The position numbers and the translations under genes were made by a program. The notes under the pieces are model-generated. The model was given only the letters and a program-made list of their open reading frames with translations, ran no database searches and was not told the DNA's origin. This document shows positions 17,301-26,147 of a stretch of 26,264 nucleotides of DNA, piece after piece. Each line of letters starts with the position of its first letter. The first letter of the stretch is position 1. Source of the stretch: an uncultured archaeon (lineage in GTDB: Archaea; Asgardarchaeota; Lokiarchaeia; Sigyniarchaeales; Promethearchaeaceae); NCBI GenBank assembly GCA_964426185.1, contig CAYRPF010000011.1, positions 31,862 through 58,125 on the forward strand, written 5' to 3'.

Positions 17301-17633
17301 ATGGGAAGGAGCAGAAAAGTGGAATATATTCAAAACATTCAAACAAACGCATTAGATTCTGGAGGATTTCATCTTGGATCATCGGAACTTACAAAAATTG
17401 CCAAGGCTTTATCTAGCACAACGCGTCAGAAAATTCTTAAGGAATTAGTCAATTCTCCAATGGATGTAAGTGAAATTGCCGCAAAATTAGGACAAACGGA
17501 AGCAAATATTTCCGCACAAATCGCGATTTTGCAAAAAGCTAGCTTAGTTTCATGTGACTATCAACCAGGCGGCCATGGTGTCAGAAAAGTATGTAGGACA
17601 GCCTTGGAAAAAATACAGATTTGGATTAATTAA
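17301..17633 (+). CDS. ArsR-family HTH transcriptional regulator
   Basis: IAKALSSTTRQKILKEL...MDVSEIAAKLGQTEANISAQIAILQKASLV...GVRKVC. Alternative start at GTG 17319 after AGGAG. Confidence 0.88.
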   Translation: MGRSRKVEYIQNIQTNALDSGGFHLGSSELTKIAKALSSTTRQKILKELVNSPMDVSEIAAKLGQTEANISAQIAILQKASLVSCDYQPGGHGVRKVCRTALEKIQIWIN

Positions 17634-17773
17634 CAGCAATTTTTTCATTTCTAATTTTCCTCTTTCTGAATGTAATTCTTTGCAATCAAAAACAAATCTA
17701 TCAAAAATTTTTAATGAATTTACAATTTCTTATACACATCTCTTTAATATAAATATCTAAAAATAACCAGTCT

Positions 17774-17874
17774 GCCAGTGTAGCTTAGTGGTATAGCGCT
17801 TGATTCGTATTTTGTGCCATCATGGCAAAGAAGATAAATCAAGAGGTCCAAGGGTTCAATCCCCTTCACTGGCT
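17774..17874 (+). tRNA. tRNA-Thr(CGU) with a 28-nt intron (17810-17837) at position 37/38
   Basis: Acceptor stem GCCAGTG/CACTGGC plus discriminator T; D-arm GCTTAGTGGTATAGC; anticodon stem CTTGA/TCAAG with spliced loop TT-CGT-AA; T-arm AAGGG-TTCAATC-CCCTT. CCA is not encoded. Confidence 0.92.
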
Positions 17875-17963
17875 CTAAATTTTAACTTTTATTATAAATA
17901 CTTAAATATTACAGTAAAAGTATGTTATGTAAAAAAGAAAAAACGTCAAAATTTATAATAATA

Positions 17964-19436
17964 TCACTGTTTATATCCTAAAAATGCAAGATATCCCAAG
18001 TAGGTGGCATAGACATCCGCAATATGCACGATTTCATATGGGCTGTGCATATTTAGCACAGGTGTGCCTACATCGATTACTTCACAATTGAACGTCTCTG
18101 CCATATATTTAGCTATGGTTCCGCCACCTCCCTTATCAACTTCTCCCAGCTGGCCCATTTGGAAGGGAACTTCCGCTTTGGAAAAGATTTGGCGCATATA
18201 GGCTACAGTTTCAGCATTAGCATCGTTAGCACTGTATTTCCCTCCAGAGCCTGTATATTTGACTAAAGTTATACCTTTGCCTAAAATGGCAGCATTTTGA
18301 ATGTCATGAACTGTTTTAAAGGCAGGATCTACCGCTGCGGACACATCAGAACTTACCATAAAACTATTGCTTAGAACGACATTAAGATTGGATATATTTT
18401 CAGAAATGCCAGTTCGCACCATAAGATCATTCATTACAAAATAAAGCCATTTAGATTCCGCTCCAGTGGCACCATTACTGCCGGTTTCTTCCTTGTCAAA
18501 AAAGCATACTACTGATGTATAAGCAGGCACTTTCTTCAAATCAAATAAGGCACGAGCACTGGTCCAAGCACACACACCATCGTCATGACCAGCAGCTCCA
18601 ATCATGCTTTTATCAAAACCAATATATCTGGGTGGAATGCCTGATACCAAGTTTAATTCTGCCGACAGAAAGTCTTCTTCCAAAATACCATATTTTTCGT
18701 TAAGAATCTGTAAAATATTAAGTTTAAATTTCTCTTTCGCTTTTTTATCCGCTACCGGAAGCCCACCTGCCAATACGGTCATTTCTTCTGCTTTGATAAC
18801 TTCCCGCATGGTCCGTTTGGCTTGGACGGTGGATGAAAGATGAATTAGTAAGTCTGGAATAGTAAAAACCGGATCTTCAGCATCACGGCCCACATCGATT
18901 TCTACTTTAGTGCCGTCTTTTTTAATGATAATTCCCGTTAAATGCAATGGAACGGTTGTCCACTGATATTTTTTAATCCCCCCATAATAATGCGTTTTGA
19001 ACAAACCTACACCAGCTTGTTTGTCATCAACTAATGGATTTACCCGAAGATCTAAGCGGGGCGTATCAATATGAGAGCCGATTAAATGAGTCTTTTCTGT
19101 CATAGATTGAGTCCCGACAACTACCAGAGCAACATTTTTGTGTTTATTTACATAGTAAATTTTATCCCCTGGTTGAAGTGTATTTATCTCTTTTCCCAAT
19201 TCTACTCGTTTGAAGCCAAATTTTTGGGCTTGTTTAACGGCCCAATTAGTTCGTTCTCTTTCAGTTCTAGCATTGCGTAAAAATTCCAGATAATCTTCAG
19301 AAAAATCTCTAACTTGTCTTTTTTGTTCATCAGTGTATTTTTCCCACGCAAATGGAATTTTATGGGTTAACTTTCCTTCTAAAGAAGAATCGCTCGGTTC
19401 TAAGTCGGAAGCTTCCAATTCATTTTTAGAGTTCAT
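17964..19436 (-). CDS. M18-family aminopeptidase (ApeA/aminopeptidase I-like)
   Basis: SHIDTPRL, THYYGGIKKYQW, GHDD, DKEETGS, SSDV, KYTGSGGKY, GGGGTIA, MHSPYE. Confidence 0.93.
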   Translation of the reverse strand: MNSKNELEASDLEPSDSSLEGKLTHKIPFAWEKYTDEQKRQVRDFSEDYLEFLRNARTERERTNWAVKQAQKFGFKRVELGKEINTLQPGDKIYYVNKHKNVALVVVGTQSMTEKTHLIGSHIDTPRLDLRVNPLVDDKQAGVGLFKTHYYGGIKKYQWTTVPLHLTGIIIKKDGTKVEIDVGRDAEDPVFTIPDLLIHLSSTVQAKRTMREVIKAEEMTVLAGGLPVADKKAKEKFKLNILQILNEKYGILEEDFLSAELNLVSGIPPRYIGFDKSMIGAAGHDDGVCAWTSARALFDLKKVPAYTSVVCFFDKEETGSNGATGAESKWLYFVMNDLMVRTGISENISNLNVVLSNSFMVSSDVSAAVDPAFKTVHDIQNAAILGKGITLVKYTGSGGKYSANDANAETVAYMRQIFSKAEVPFQMGQLGEVDKGGGGTIAKYMAETFNCEVIDVGTPVLNMHSPYEIVHIADVYATYLGYLAFLGYKQ

Positions 19437-19705
19437 GATAAGTTTGATAGTTTAGCTTCTTTTTTGAAGTTAGGGGTTAGAAAAATGATCCCAAAAAAGC
19501 CACCAAAAAAAGAAGCTTTTTAAAATTAAAAGCTTAACTTTTTATTCCGAGGGAGACCTTTGAATATTATCATTGAAAGTATTGATGGGAATGAGTGGAT
19601 TGCAATTTAAGCATAATTAAATCTTTGATATATTGAGCCCAACTTACCAACGGAGCATTCTTTGTGATGCATTCATCCTATCAACAATATCAACGAGTGG
19701 TAATC

Positions 19706-21172
19706 ATGATACCGAAGAAAATTAAAGAAGGAATTTATCAAGTCGACCCGGAAATGAAAGTCATAAAATATAATGAAAAAATGTATAATTTTACGATGGT
19801 CGTTCCGGCGCGGATTTATGCCAATGACTATCTCATGCAGCACATTCAACAAGATAGGAGTATTGATCAAATTACGAATGTAGCATGTCTTCCAGGAATA
19901 AGAAAACATGTAATTGCCATGTCGGATGCCCATCAAGGCTATGGGTTTTGCATTGGAGGAGTTGCGGCAACTAGTGTGGACGGAGGGGCAATTAGTCCAG
20001 GCGGGGTAGGATATGACATAAATTGTGGCGTCCGTTTACTTCGTACCGGTTTAAATTATTCCGATATTGCCTCCGAACTTCCGGCATTAACCGAATCTCT
20101 ATTTCATCACATTCCCAGTGGATTGGGATCGAAAGGTAAACTCCACATCACTGAAAATGATTTAAATCATGTTTTGGATGAAGGTATTGACTGGGCAATC
20201 AGTAAAGGTTATGGTTTTGAAAAAGATCGCGAATATTGTGAAGATCACGGTAGGGTGGAAGGCGCAGATTCAAGCATTGTGTCAAGTAAAGCAAAAGCCA
20301 GAGGTATTCGGCAATTAGGATCATTAGGATCTGGAAACCATTTTATCGAAATCCAACGGGTCGAAAAGATTTATGATGAAGAAACCGCAAAAATCATGGG
20401 TATCGAGAAAAACCAAGTTACGGTTATGATCCACACGGGATCGCGTGCCATGGGACACCAAATTTGTACTGATTCTTTACAAGAAATTGACCATATGATG
20501 CATCGAGAAAATATTATCCCACCGGATAGAGAATTAGGCTATGTAATATCGGGAACCAAAGAAGCCGATCGTTATTTGGCTCAAATGCGAGCTGCAGCTA
20601 ATTTTGCTTATACAAACCGCCATATTATTATGCATTGGACAAGAGAAGCTTTTAATGAAATCCTGCACATCAATCCCGAACAAATGGAATTGATCTATGA
20701 TGTAGCTCATAATATTCTAAAGGTAGAGGAACATGATGTAGGGGGAGGTAAACGTGAAATGGTAAACGTACATCGTAAAGGTGCCACGCGGGCTTTTCCA
20801 CCCAATCATCCCGATGTTCCCGCAAAATATCGATCTATTGGTCAACCCGTTTTAATTCCAGGTAGTATGGGTACGGCTTCATATTTATGTGTTGGGCAAG
20901 AAAAAGCTATGGATTTAAGTTTTGCCAGTACCGCTCATGGAGGAGGTCGTGAAATGAGCCGGTCAAAGGCCAAACGTAAATTTTACGGAAAAAATATCCA
21001 GCAAGAACTTAATCAAATGGGTATTGCAGTGAAAGCCGCTTCCATGAAGGTCTTGGCAGAAGAAGCCCCCTTGGCATATAAAAACATTGATCAAGTTGTA
21101 AATGTGAGTCACGATTTGGGAATTGTAAGAAAGGTGGCACGATTAGTCCCGATTGGTGTAACCAAAGGTTAG
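19706..21172 (+). CDS. rtcB: RtcB RNA/tRNA-splicing ligase
   Basis: DAHQGYG, GYDINCG, GNHF, HTGSR, VAHN, HRKGATRA, PGSMG, STAHGGGR, EEAP. ATG 19706 (MIPKK) preferred over GTG 19664. Confidence 0.96.
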   Translation: MIPKKIKEGIYQVDPEMKVIKYNEKMYNFTMVVPARIYANDYLMQHIQQDRSIDQITNVACLPGIRKHVIAMSDAHQGYGFCIGGVAATSVDGGAISPGGVGYDINCGVRLLRTGLNYSDIASELPALTESLFHHIPSGLGSKGKLHITENDLNHVLDEGIDWAISKGYGFEKDREYCEDHGRVEGADSSIVSSKAKARGIRQLGSLGSGNHFIEIQRVEKIYDEETAKIMGIEKNQVTVMIHTGSRAMGHQICTDSLQEIDHMMHRENIIPPDRELGYVISGTKEADRYLAQMRAAANFAYTNRHIIMHWTREAFNEILHINPEQMELIYDVAHNILKVEEHDVGGGKREMVNVHRKGATRAFPPNHPDVPAKYRSIGQPVLIPGSMGTASYLCVGQEKAMDLSFASTAHGGGREMSRSKAKRKFYGKNIQQELNQMGIAVKAASMKVLAEEAPLAYKNIDQVVNVSHDLGIVRKVARLVPIGVTKG

Positions 21173-21190
21173 GTTATTATTTTTTTTAAT
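21173..21190 (+). terminator. Oligo-T tract, possible archaeal terminator after rtcB
   Basis: GTTATTAT followed by a long T run immediately after the rtcB stop codon. Confidence 0.35.
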
Positions 21191-21307
21191 CTCGTATTTG
21201 TAGAGAATTTCTATTTTTTCTTCCCTCAAATTGTTCTTAAAGTGCATGAGAAAAAATTTATAAAGATTTATGATAAAAGTATTTACGATAAAAGGAGCTT
21301 TATCATC

Positions 21308-22264
21308 GTGGTTACAATAGCAGATGGAAGATATATTCTTCCCGACAATCTTCTATATTCGAAAACTCAACATGTTTATCTGGATCGTGTCAAAAAAACA
21401 ATTGGACTGGATCAAATCGGTTATGCTTTCCTGAAAAAACCAACTGAATTAGTCATTCTTTCTGAAACATCTTTAAAAATCGGAGAGCCGTTTGCTGTAA
21501 TTACAACGGAAACGAGTATTACCACGTTAAACTCGCCTTGCACTGGAAGTATTGAGTACATTAATCTAGATGCTTTAAAATATATGGAAAATGACACTTA
21601 TTCTGATGGTTTTATCATAAAATTCAAAGAGATCGAGGACATCCAAGAAGACTTGATTACTGGCGCGAATATCGAGCCGTGGGCTAATCATGAAGTCCGC
21701 GCTCTTTTGAAAAATGAGTATTCCTTCAAAATTATTGAAATTGGTGATTCCGCCACCGGAAAGACCGCCATCAAGGTTCGATTTACCGACGATTATTTCA
21801 AGCAAGATCTAAAGACAACACTGGGTGTTGATTTCGGAAGCAAAGAAATTTCTTGCATGTATACCCCCAATGACATACTTTTTTCGGGAACATACCGGTT
21901 TAAAGTAAAAATTAATTTATGGGATGCAGCGGGCCAAGAACATTTTGCTAAAATTAGAGGTATGTATTATCGTGATGCGAAAGGTGCTTTACTGTGTTAT
22001 GATGTGAATAATCCTGTGTCCTTTCAAAATCTGGATAAGTGGCTGCTGGAGTTAGAAGAGAACCTTGGTCGTATTCCAACTCTCCTGGTGGGCAACAAGA
22101 TAGATTTGGAGCGGAAAGTGTCTCGGGCGGATTCATTAGAATATGTGAAAGCGCATGGTTTGTCTGGTTTTGTAGAAGTTTCTGCGAAAACGGGTGAAAA
22201 TGTGGATGAAGCACTGCAACAGCTTGCGATTGAAATCTATAAACGGGAAGAGAATCTTGCTTGA
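21308..22264 (+). CDS. GcvH-like domain fused to a Rab-like small GTPase
   Basis: N-terminus PDNLLYSKTQHVY...TIGL...GEPFAVITTETSITTLNSPCTGSIEYIN...NDTYSDGFIIKF (H-protein pattern). C-terminus GDSATGKT, TLGVDF, WDAAGQE, YYRDA, GNKID, SAKTG. GTG 21308 after AGGAG preferred over 21242. Confidence 0.88.
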   Translation: MVTIADGRYILPDNLLYSKTQHVYLDRVKKTIGLDQIGYAFLKKPTELVILSETSLKIGEPFAVITTETSITTLNSPCTGSIEYINLDALKYMENDTYSDGFIIKFKEIEDIQEDLITGANIEPWANHEVRALLKNEYSFKIIEIGDSATGKTAIKVRFTDDYFKQDLKTTLGVDFGSKEISCMYTPNDILFSGTYRFKVKINLWDAAGQEHFAKIRGMYYRDAKGALLCYDVNNPVSFQNLDKWLLELEENLGRIPTLLVGNKIDLERKVSRADSLEYVKAHGLSGFVEVSAKTGENVDEALQQLAIEIYKREENLA

Positions 22265-22277
22265 TTTATATTCCAGT

Positions 22278-23408
22278 TTATTTCTTCAATAGTTCTTTTT
22301 TTTCTGCAATTTTCAGAAATACAAATTGAAGAATGAAGAATTCAAAAATCGGAGCCAATAATTGAATTTCCGCATTAAAATCAACCAAGATAATGCGTTC
22401 ATTTTTTCGAAGAATTTGGGATACGCCAGGATTATTACTCAAGACAAGAATTTCCCTCGTTCGTTGCAAAATCAAATTAACCAAGCGATATATGGTGCTT
22501 TCATTAGTGGTATGATCTCCAATTAATAAAATAATACGGATATTTTGTGGATGAATTTTTCTCTCTAAAATTTGAAAGGGTCCATGAAAAAAATGAGATA
22601 TATATATACCTTCTGTTAGCAAACGGGTGAAACTCTTTGCATGAAGGGCACCCAATAGTGCTGCAGCCATAGAAGCAGGATCTCGAGCGATAATATATAG
22701 ATTATCAAAATCACTTAAAAATTGAACGATTTGATCAGTTGTGGATATCCAATTTTGTTTATATTCGGTTAAATCGCCAATAAATCTGCTAAATCGCGCT
22801 TGAAGAGTAGTTGATTGGGGTTTTTCTCCAATAATTACACGCGTAGTTAGGTATACCACAAAAATGGTATTGATAAAAGATTTAGAGCCGAGAACAAATT
22901 CATGTGGAATGAAAAGCTGAAAGATGTTTTGAATTGTGGGGGATAAGTAAGTATTCTCATTATTTGTTATTAGCCATATCAAATCAGGATCAACTTTAGT
23001 AAGCCGTAAATGATCCACACAGCTTTTTAAGAATCGAGATTTTCCAGATTTCGAAATAAAAATATACAAAGCACCTTCCGATTCTGATGGAAGCATGTAG
23101 TCAAAAAATTCACTCAACTCTACGCAGTAAAGTGAAAAGGGAATCTTACGCGCCGTTTCCATGAACATCTGGCGGGAAATTTGACTTGCAAAATAACTAT
23201 AGGTATTCCCGATAAAAAATACTTTAGAAATGGAACGTTCTACCACAATTTGCCGTAGTTTTTCAAATTTAGATTCAAATTCTCCATTAAAATAATGATC
23301 TGCACAGGAAGTTAAGCAATCTATCTCATCAAAAAAGTCATCTCTAATTTGTTCAAATGTAAAAGGCCATTGAAAGGAACTTGGAAACGATGAAGGATTT
23401 CGGTTCAC
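22278..23408 (-). CDS. Double-SIS (GlmS isomerase/AgaS-like) protein, degenerate
   Basis: FFIGNTYSYFAS, FISKSGKS, LITNN, GSKSF, GALHAKS, FFHGPFQIL. The GTG start overlaps the upstream TAG by 1 nt. Confidence 0.8.
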   Translation of the reverse strand: MNRNPSSFPSSFQWPFTFEQIRDDFFDEIDCLTSCADHYFNGEFESKFEKLRQIVVERSISKVFFIGNTYSYFASQISRQMFMETARKIPFSLYCVELSEFFDYMLPSESEGALYIFISKSGKSRFLKSCVDHLRLTKVDPDLIWLITNNENTYLSPTIQNIFQLFIPHEFVLGSKSFINTIFVVYLTTRVIIGEKPQSTTLQARFSRFIGDLTEYKQNWISTTDQIVQFLSDFDNLYIIARDPASMAAALLGALHAKSFTRLLTEGIYISHFFHGPFQILERKIHPQNIRIILLIGDHTTNESTIYRLVNLILQRTREILVLSNNPGVSQILRKNERIILVDFNAEIQLLAPIFEFFILQFVFLKIAEKKELLKK

Positions 23409-24562
23409 TATTGAATAACACCTCTGCGTAAAGCTTGATCTAGAAAAAGATAGTTTAAAACTACCATCTCGAAAATGGGTGCCAAAAATGGATTTTGTGT
23501 AGTGTGTTCAAAAACCCATACATTTTTATTAGCTCTTCCTAAAGAAGAAAGCGACCGATTGTTATTTATTAATATTATACGCCCAGATCCTAACTTTTTA
23601 CTGGCTAAATTAATTAGATTAACGGTATCTTCAATGCTTGTTTCATCACTAACCAAGAGAATACATCGAAAAGAATTATCGATTATTTGAAACGGCCCAT
23701 GCAGAAAGAGTCCAAATGAAATTCCTTCTCCAAATAATCGGAGATATGCTTTACAATTTAAAGCCCCTTGATATGCAGTAGATAAACTTGTCCCCTTTGA
23801 GATAAAGTATAGAAAATCATAATCAACACCCAAGAAATCATTTAGGCTGGAAACATGGAATTCCCAATCTTGTTGGTAAAATTTGATTTCAAAAATCATT
23901 TGCCGAATTTCGTCTTCAATTGTTTTTGAAATAATTTCTTGATTCATAAAGGCTCGAGTAATGAAATATAATACTAAAATATCCGCAGGAAATGAATTCG
24001 AGCCGATAACAATTTCATCCCCGCAGAAAATTGGGAAAAAAAAATGGGCTAATGGTTTAAGATTGTCATTATTGGAGACTAAGGCAATTTTACGAATATC
24101 TACATCATATTTTCTCAATTTCTCGATACCTTTATTAATTTGGATAGAACCGGTGCGGGTTACAAATATAAATAGAGAATTTTCATCAAATTTATAGGGG
24201 TGACAGTATGTTATAAATTCATCTGGTTCAAAAATTAAACATTCTCTTGGTTTTACTTGTTTAACTTGAAGAACCGAGGCATCAATTGATGAATTTATAT
24301 AATAATAGGGAATTAAAGAAGCAAAATAATTATAACTATGACCGATCAGGATTAATCGTGAAATGTTGACTGATTCACAGTAGTTACGAAATCGTTGTAG
24401 CATTTCTGCACCCTCCGGCGAAATATAATAGCGGAGACATTGTAACAAAGTACTTGGAATGGTTAAGAACGAATTTAAAGCGTCGGTGAAGAGAATAGTG
24501 ATCACTATTTCATTATTTTGAAAGAATTTAAAAGTTATACAATGAAAATTGGGAAATTGCAA
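23408..24562 (-). CDS. Double-SIS (GlmS isomerase/AgaS-like) protein, degenerate; paralog of the downstream gene
   Basis: LIGHSYNYFAS, FVTRTGS, LVSNN, GSNSF, SKGTSLSTAYQGALNCKA, FLHGPFQIID. The true start is probably about 50-70 nt downstream of the TTG at 24562. Confidence 0.8.
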   Translation of the reverse strand: MQFPNFHCITFKFFQNNEIVITILFTDALNSFLTIPSTLLQCLRYYISPEGAEMLQRFRNYCESVNISRLILIGHSYNYFASLIPYYYINSSIDASVLQVKQVKPRECLIFEPDEFITYCHPYKFDENSLFIFVTRTGSIQINKGIEKLRKYDVDIRKIALVSNNDNLKPLAHFFFPIFCGDEIVIGSNSFPADILVLYFITRAFMNQEIISKTIEDEIRQMIFEIKFYQQDWEFHVSSLNDFLGVDYDFLYFISKGTSLSTAYQGALNCKAYLRLFGEGISFGLFLHGPFQIIDNSFRCILLVSDETSIEDTVNLINLASKKLGSGRIILINNNRSLSSLGRANKNVWVFEHTTQNPFLAPIFEMVVLNYLFLDQALRRGVIQ

Positions 24563-24857
24563 CTAAAGGGAAAAATGAAGGGTTAATAACCACCTTTATA
24601 AGCAAATCCGAGAAATGATAACTGCAAATCAAAAGAAATGGTTCCTTCGTTTTTAAGATTTTTTGCATAAAATTCTTAAAGGTATTAATGAGAACATATT
24701 AAATTTATTTGATTAATGGGAGAGGTCTTCTTTATTTTCCCCATAATAACTTCTCCATTAACAACCTAACTTAAATAGCATCTCGACAAAAACATAGTAT
24801 GATTTGATTCCTTATTAGGATGCAAGGGTGTGGGAATCAATGAGGGTGTGTGGATAA

Positions 24858-26147
24858 ATGTTTGATATAGACAGTTATTTTAAGGATTTTATGGAAAAGG
24901 AAGAAATTTTTCACGAACGAAATGTTTTACGACCAGAATTTGTTCCCAGCTTTCTTCCTCATCGAGATCATCAAATTCAAAAAGTAGCTGAAATCGTAGC
25001 ATGCACCCTTAAAAATTCAATGCCATCGAACTTATTTCTATTTGGAAAAACTGGAACAGGAAAAACGGCAGTTATCAAGTATGTCAGTGAACATTTGAAT
25101 CAGCAATGTCGAGAATCTGGAATTCCTGAAAGTAAATGGATCTTTTTGAATTGTCAAGAAGTTAATACAGGATATCGAGTTTTAGCAAAAATTTGTGATG
25201 AAATTGATCCAAAACATCCCGTTCCAATTGCAGGATGGCCGATAGATGTAGTATTCGATGCTTTAATTGAAAAAATCAACACCCTCTTACGCGGAAATTG
25301 TTTTATTGTTCTTGATGAAATTGATGTTTTAGTTAAGAAAGCTCGAAAATCGCAAGATGTTTTATATAATTTAGTCAGAATTAACTCTCGATTGCAATCT
25401 ACCAAAGTAAATATCATTGGAATTTCTAATGTTTTGAATTTTAAAAATGAATTAGATCCCCGAGTTATAAGTAGTTTGGGTGATGAGGATATTGTATTTC
25501 CTGCTTATAATGCTCTTGAAATCAAAGATATTTTGGACCAACGCGCAGTAAGAGCATTTTTTCCTCATGCTTTGGATCAAAGTGTGATTCCTTTATGTGC
25601 GGCATTAGCTGCCAAAGAACATGGTGATGCAAGAAAGGCACTTGATTTATTACGCAAAGCAGGCGAATGTGCTGAGCGTAGAAATGCAAAAAAAGTTGTA
25701 ATAGATCATGTTTATGCTGCCCAAGAAAATATGGAAAAAGATAAAATGAAAGAATATTTTGAAGCACTACCTCTTCAAAGTAAAATGATTCTCCTTAGTC
25801 TTTTTCAATTAGAAAAGCACTCAAAGCAAGGTGCTGTTATTACTGGGGATATCTATAACACATATGTTGAACTTGTCAAATTTATCCCTGGATTAAATAA
25901 ATTAACTCAACGCCGTGTTTCTGAATTAATTCGGGAACTTGATCTCGCGGGAATGGTTAATGCACGGGTTAAATCAACGGGAAGATATGGTCGAACTAAA
26001 TTTATCAAATCTAACATAGATATTAAAGATTTGAAAAATTATTTATGCACTGAACCACGTCTGGCTGAAATTGTAGAAATTAAACCTGCAAGTCTCCAAA
26101 ATAAAACGACAATTTACGCCGGAAAACAGTTCAGGAAATTAATGTAA
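24858..26147 (+). CDS. cdc6: Cdc6/Orc1 replication initiator (AAA+ plus winged helix)
   Basis: LPHRDHQI, Walker A GKTGTGKT, Walker B IVLDEID, LDPRVISSL, FPAYNA, sensor-2 GDARKA, wHTH RRVSELIRELDLAG...GRYGRTK. Confidence 0.96.
   Translation: MFDIDSYFKDFMEKEEIFHERNVLRPEFVPSFLPHRDHQIQKVAEIVACTLKNSMPSNLFLFGKTGTGKTAVIKYVSEHLNQQCRESGIPESKWIFLNCQEVNTGYRVLAKICDEIDPKHPVPIAGWPIDVVFDALIEKINTLLRGNCFIVLDEIDVLVKKARKSQDVLYNLVRINSRLQSTKVNIIGISNVLNFKNELDPRVISSLGDEDIVFPAYNALEIKDILDQRAVRAFFPHALDQSVIPLCAALAAKEHGDARKALDLLRKAGECAERRNAKKVVIDHVYAAQENMEKDKMKEYFEALPLQSKMILLSLFQLEKHSKQGAVITGDIYNTYVELVKFIPGLNKLTQRRVSELIRELDLAGMVNARVKSTGRYGRTKFIKSNIDIKDLKNYLCTEPRLAEIVEIKPASLQNKTTIYAGKQFRKLM

Noticed and set aside
17774-17874. 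tRNA as an integration site for an island
   Set aside because: No integrase or duplicated tRNA 3' end was seen, and the flanking genes look like housekeeping genes.
19706-21172. Intein in RtcB (also considered for Cdc6)
   Set aside because: Both proteins have normal lengths and contiguous motifs.
24550-24582. GGGAAA...AAAGGG / GAAATGAAGGG-like strings as ORB elements
   Set aside because: They lack the TCCA half of the ORB dyad, so the match is too weak.
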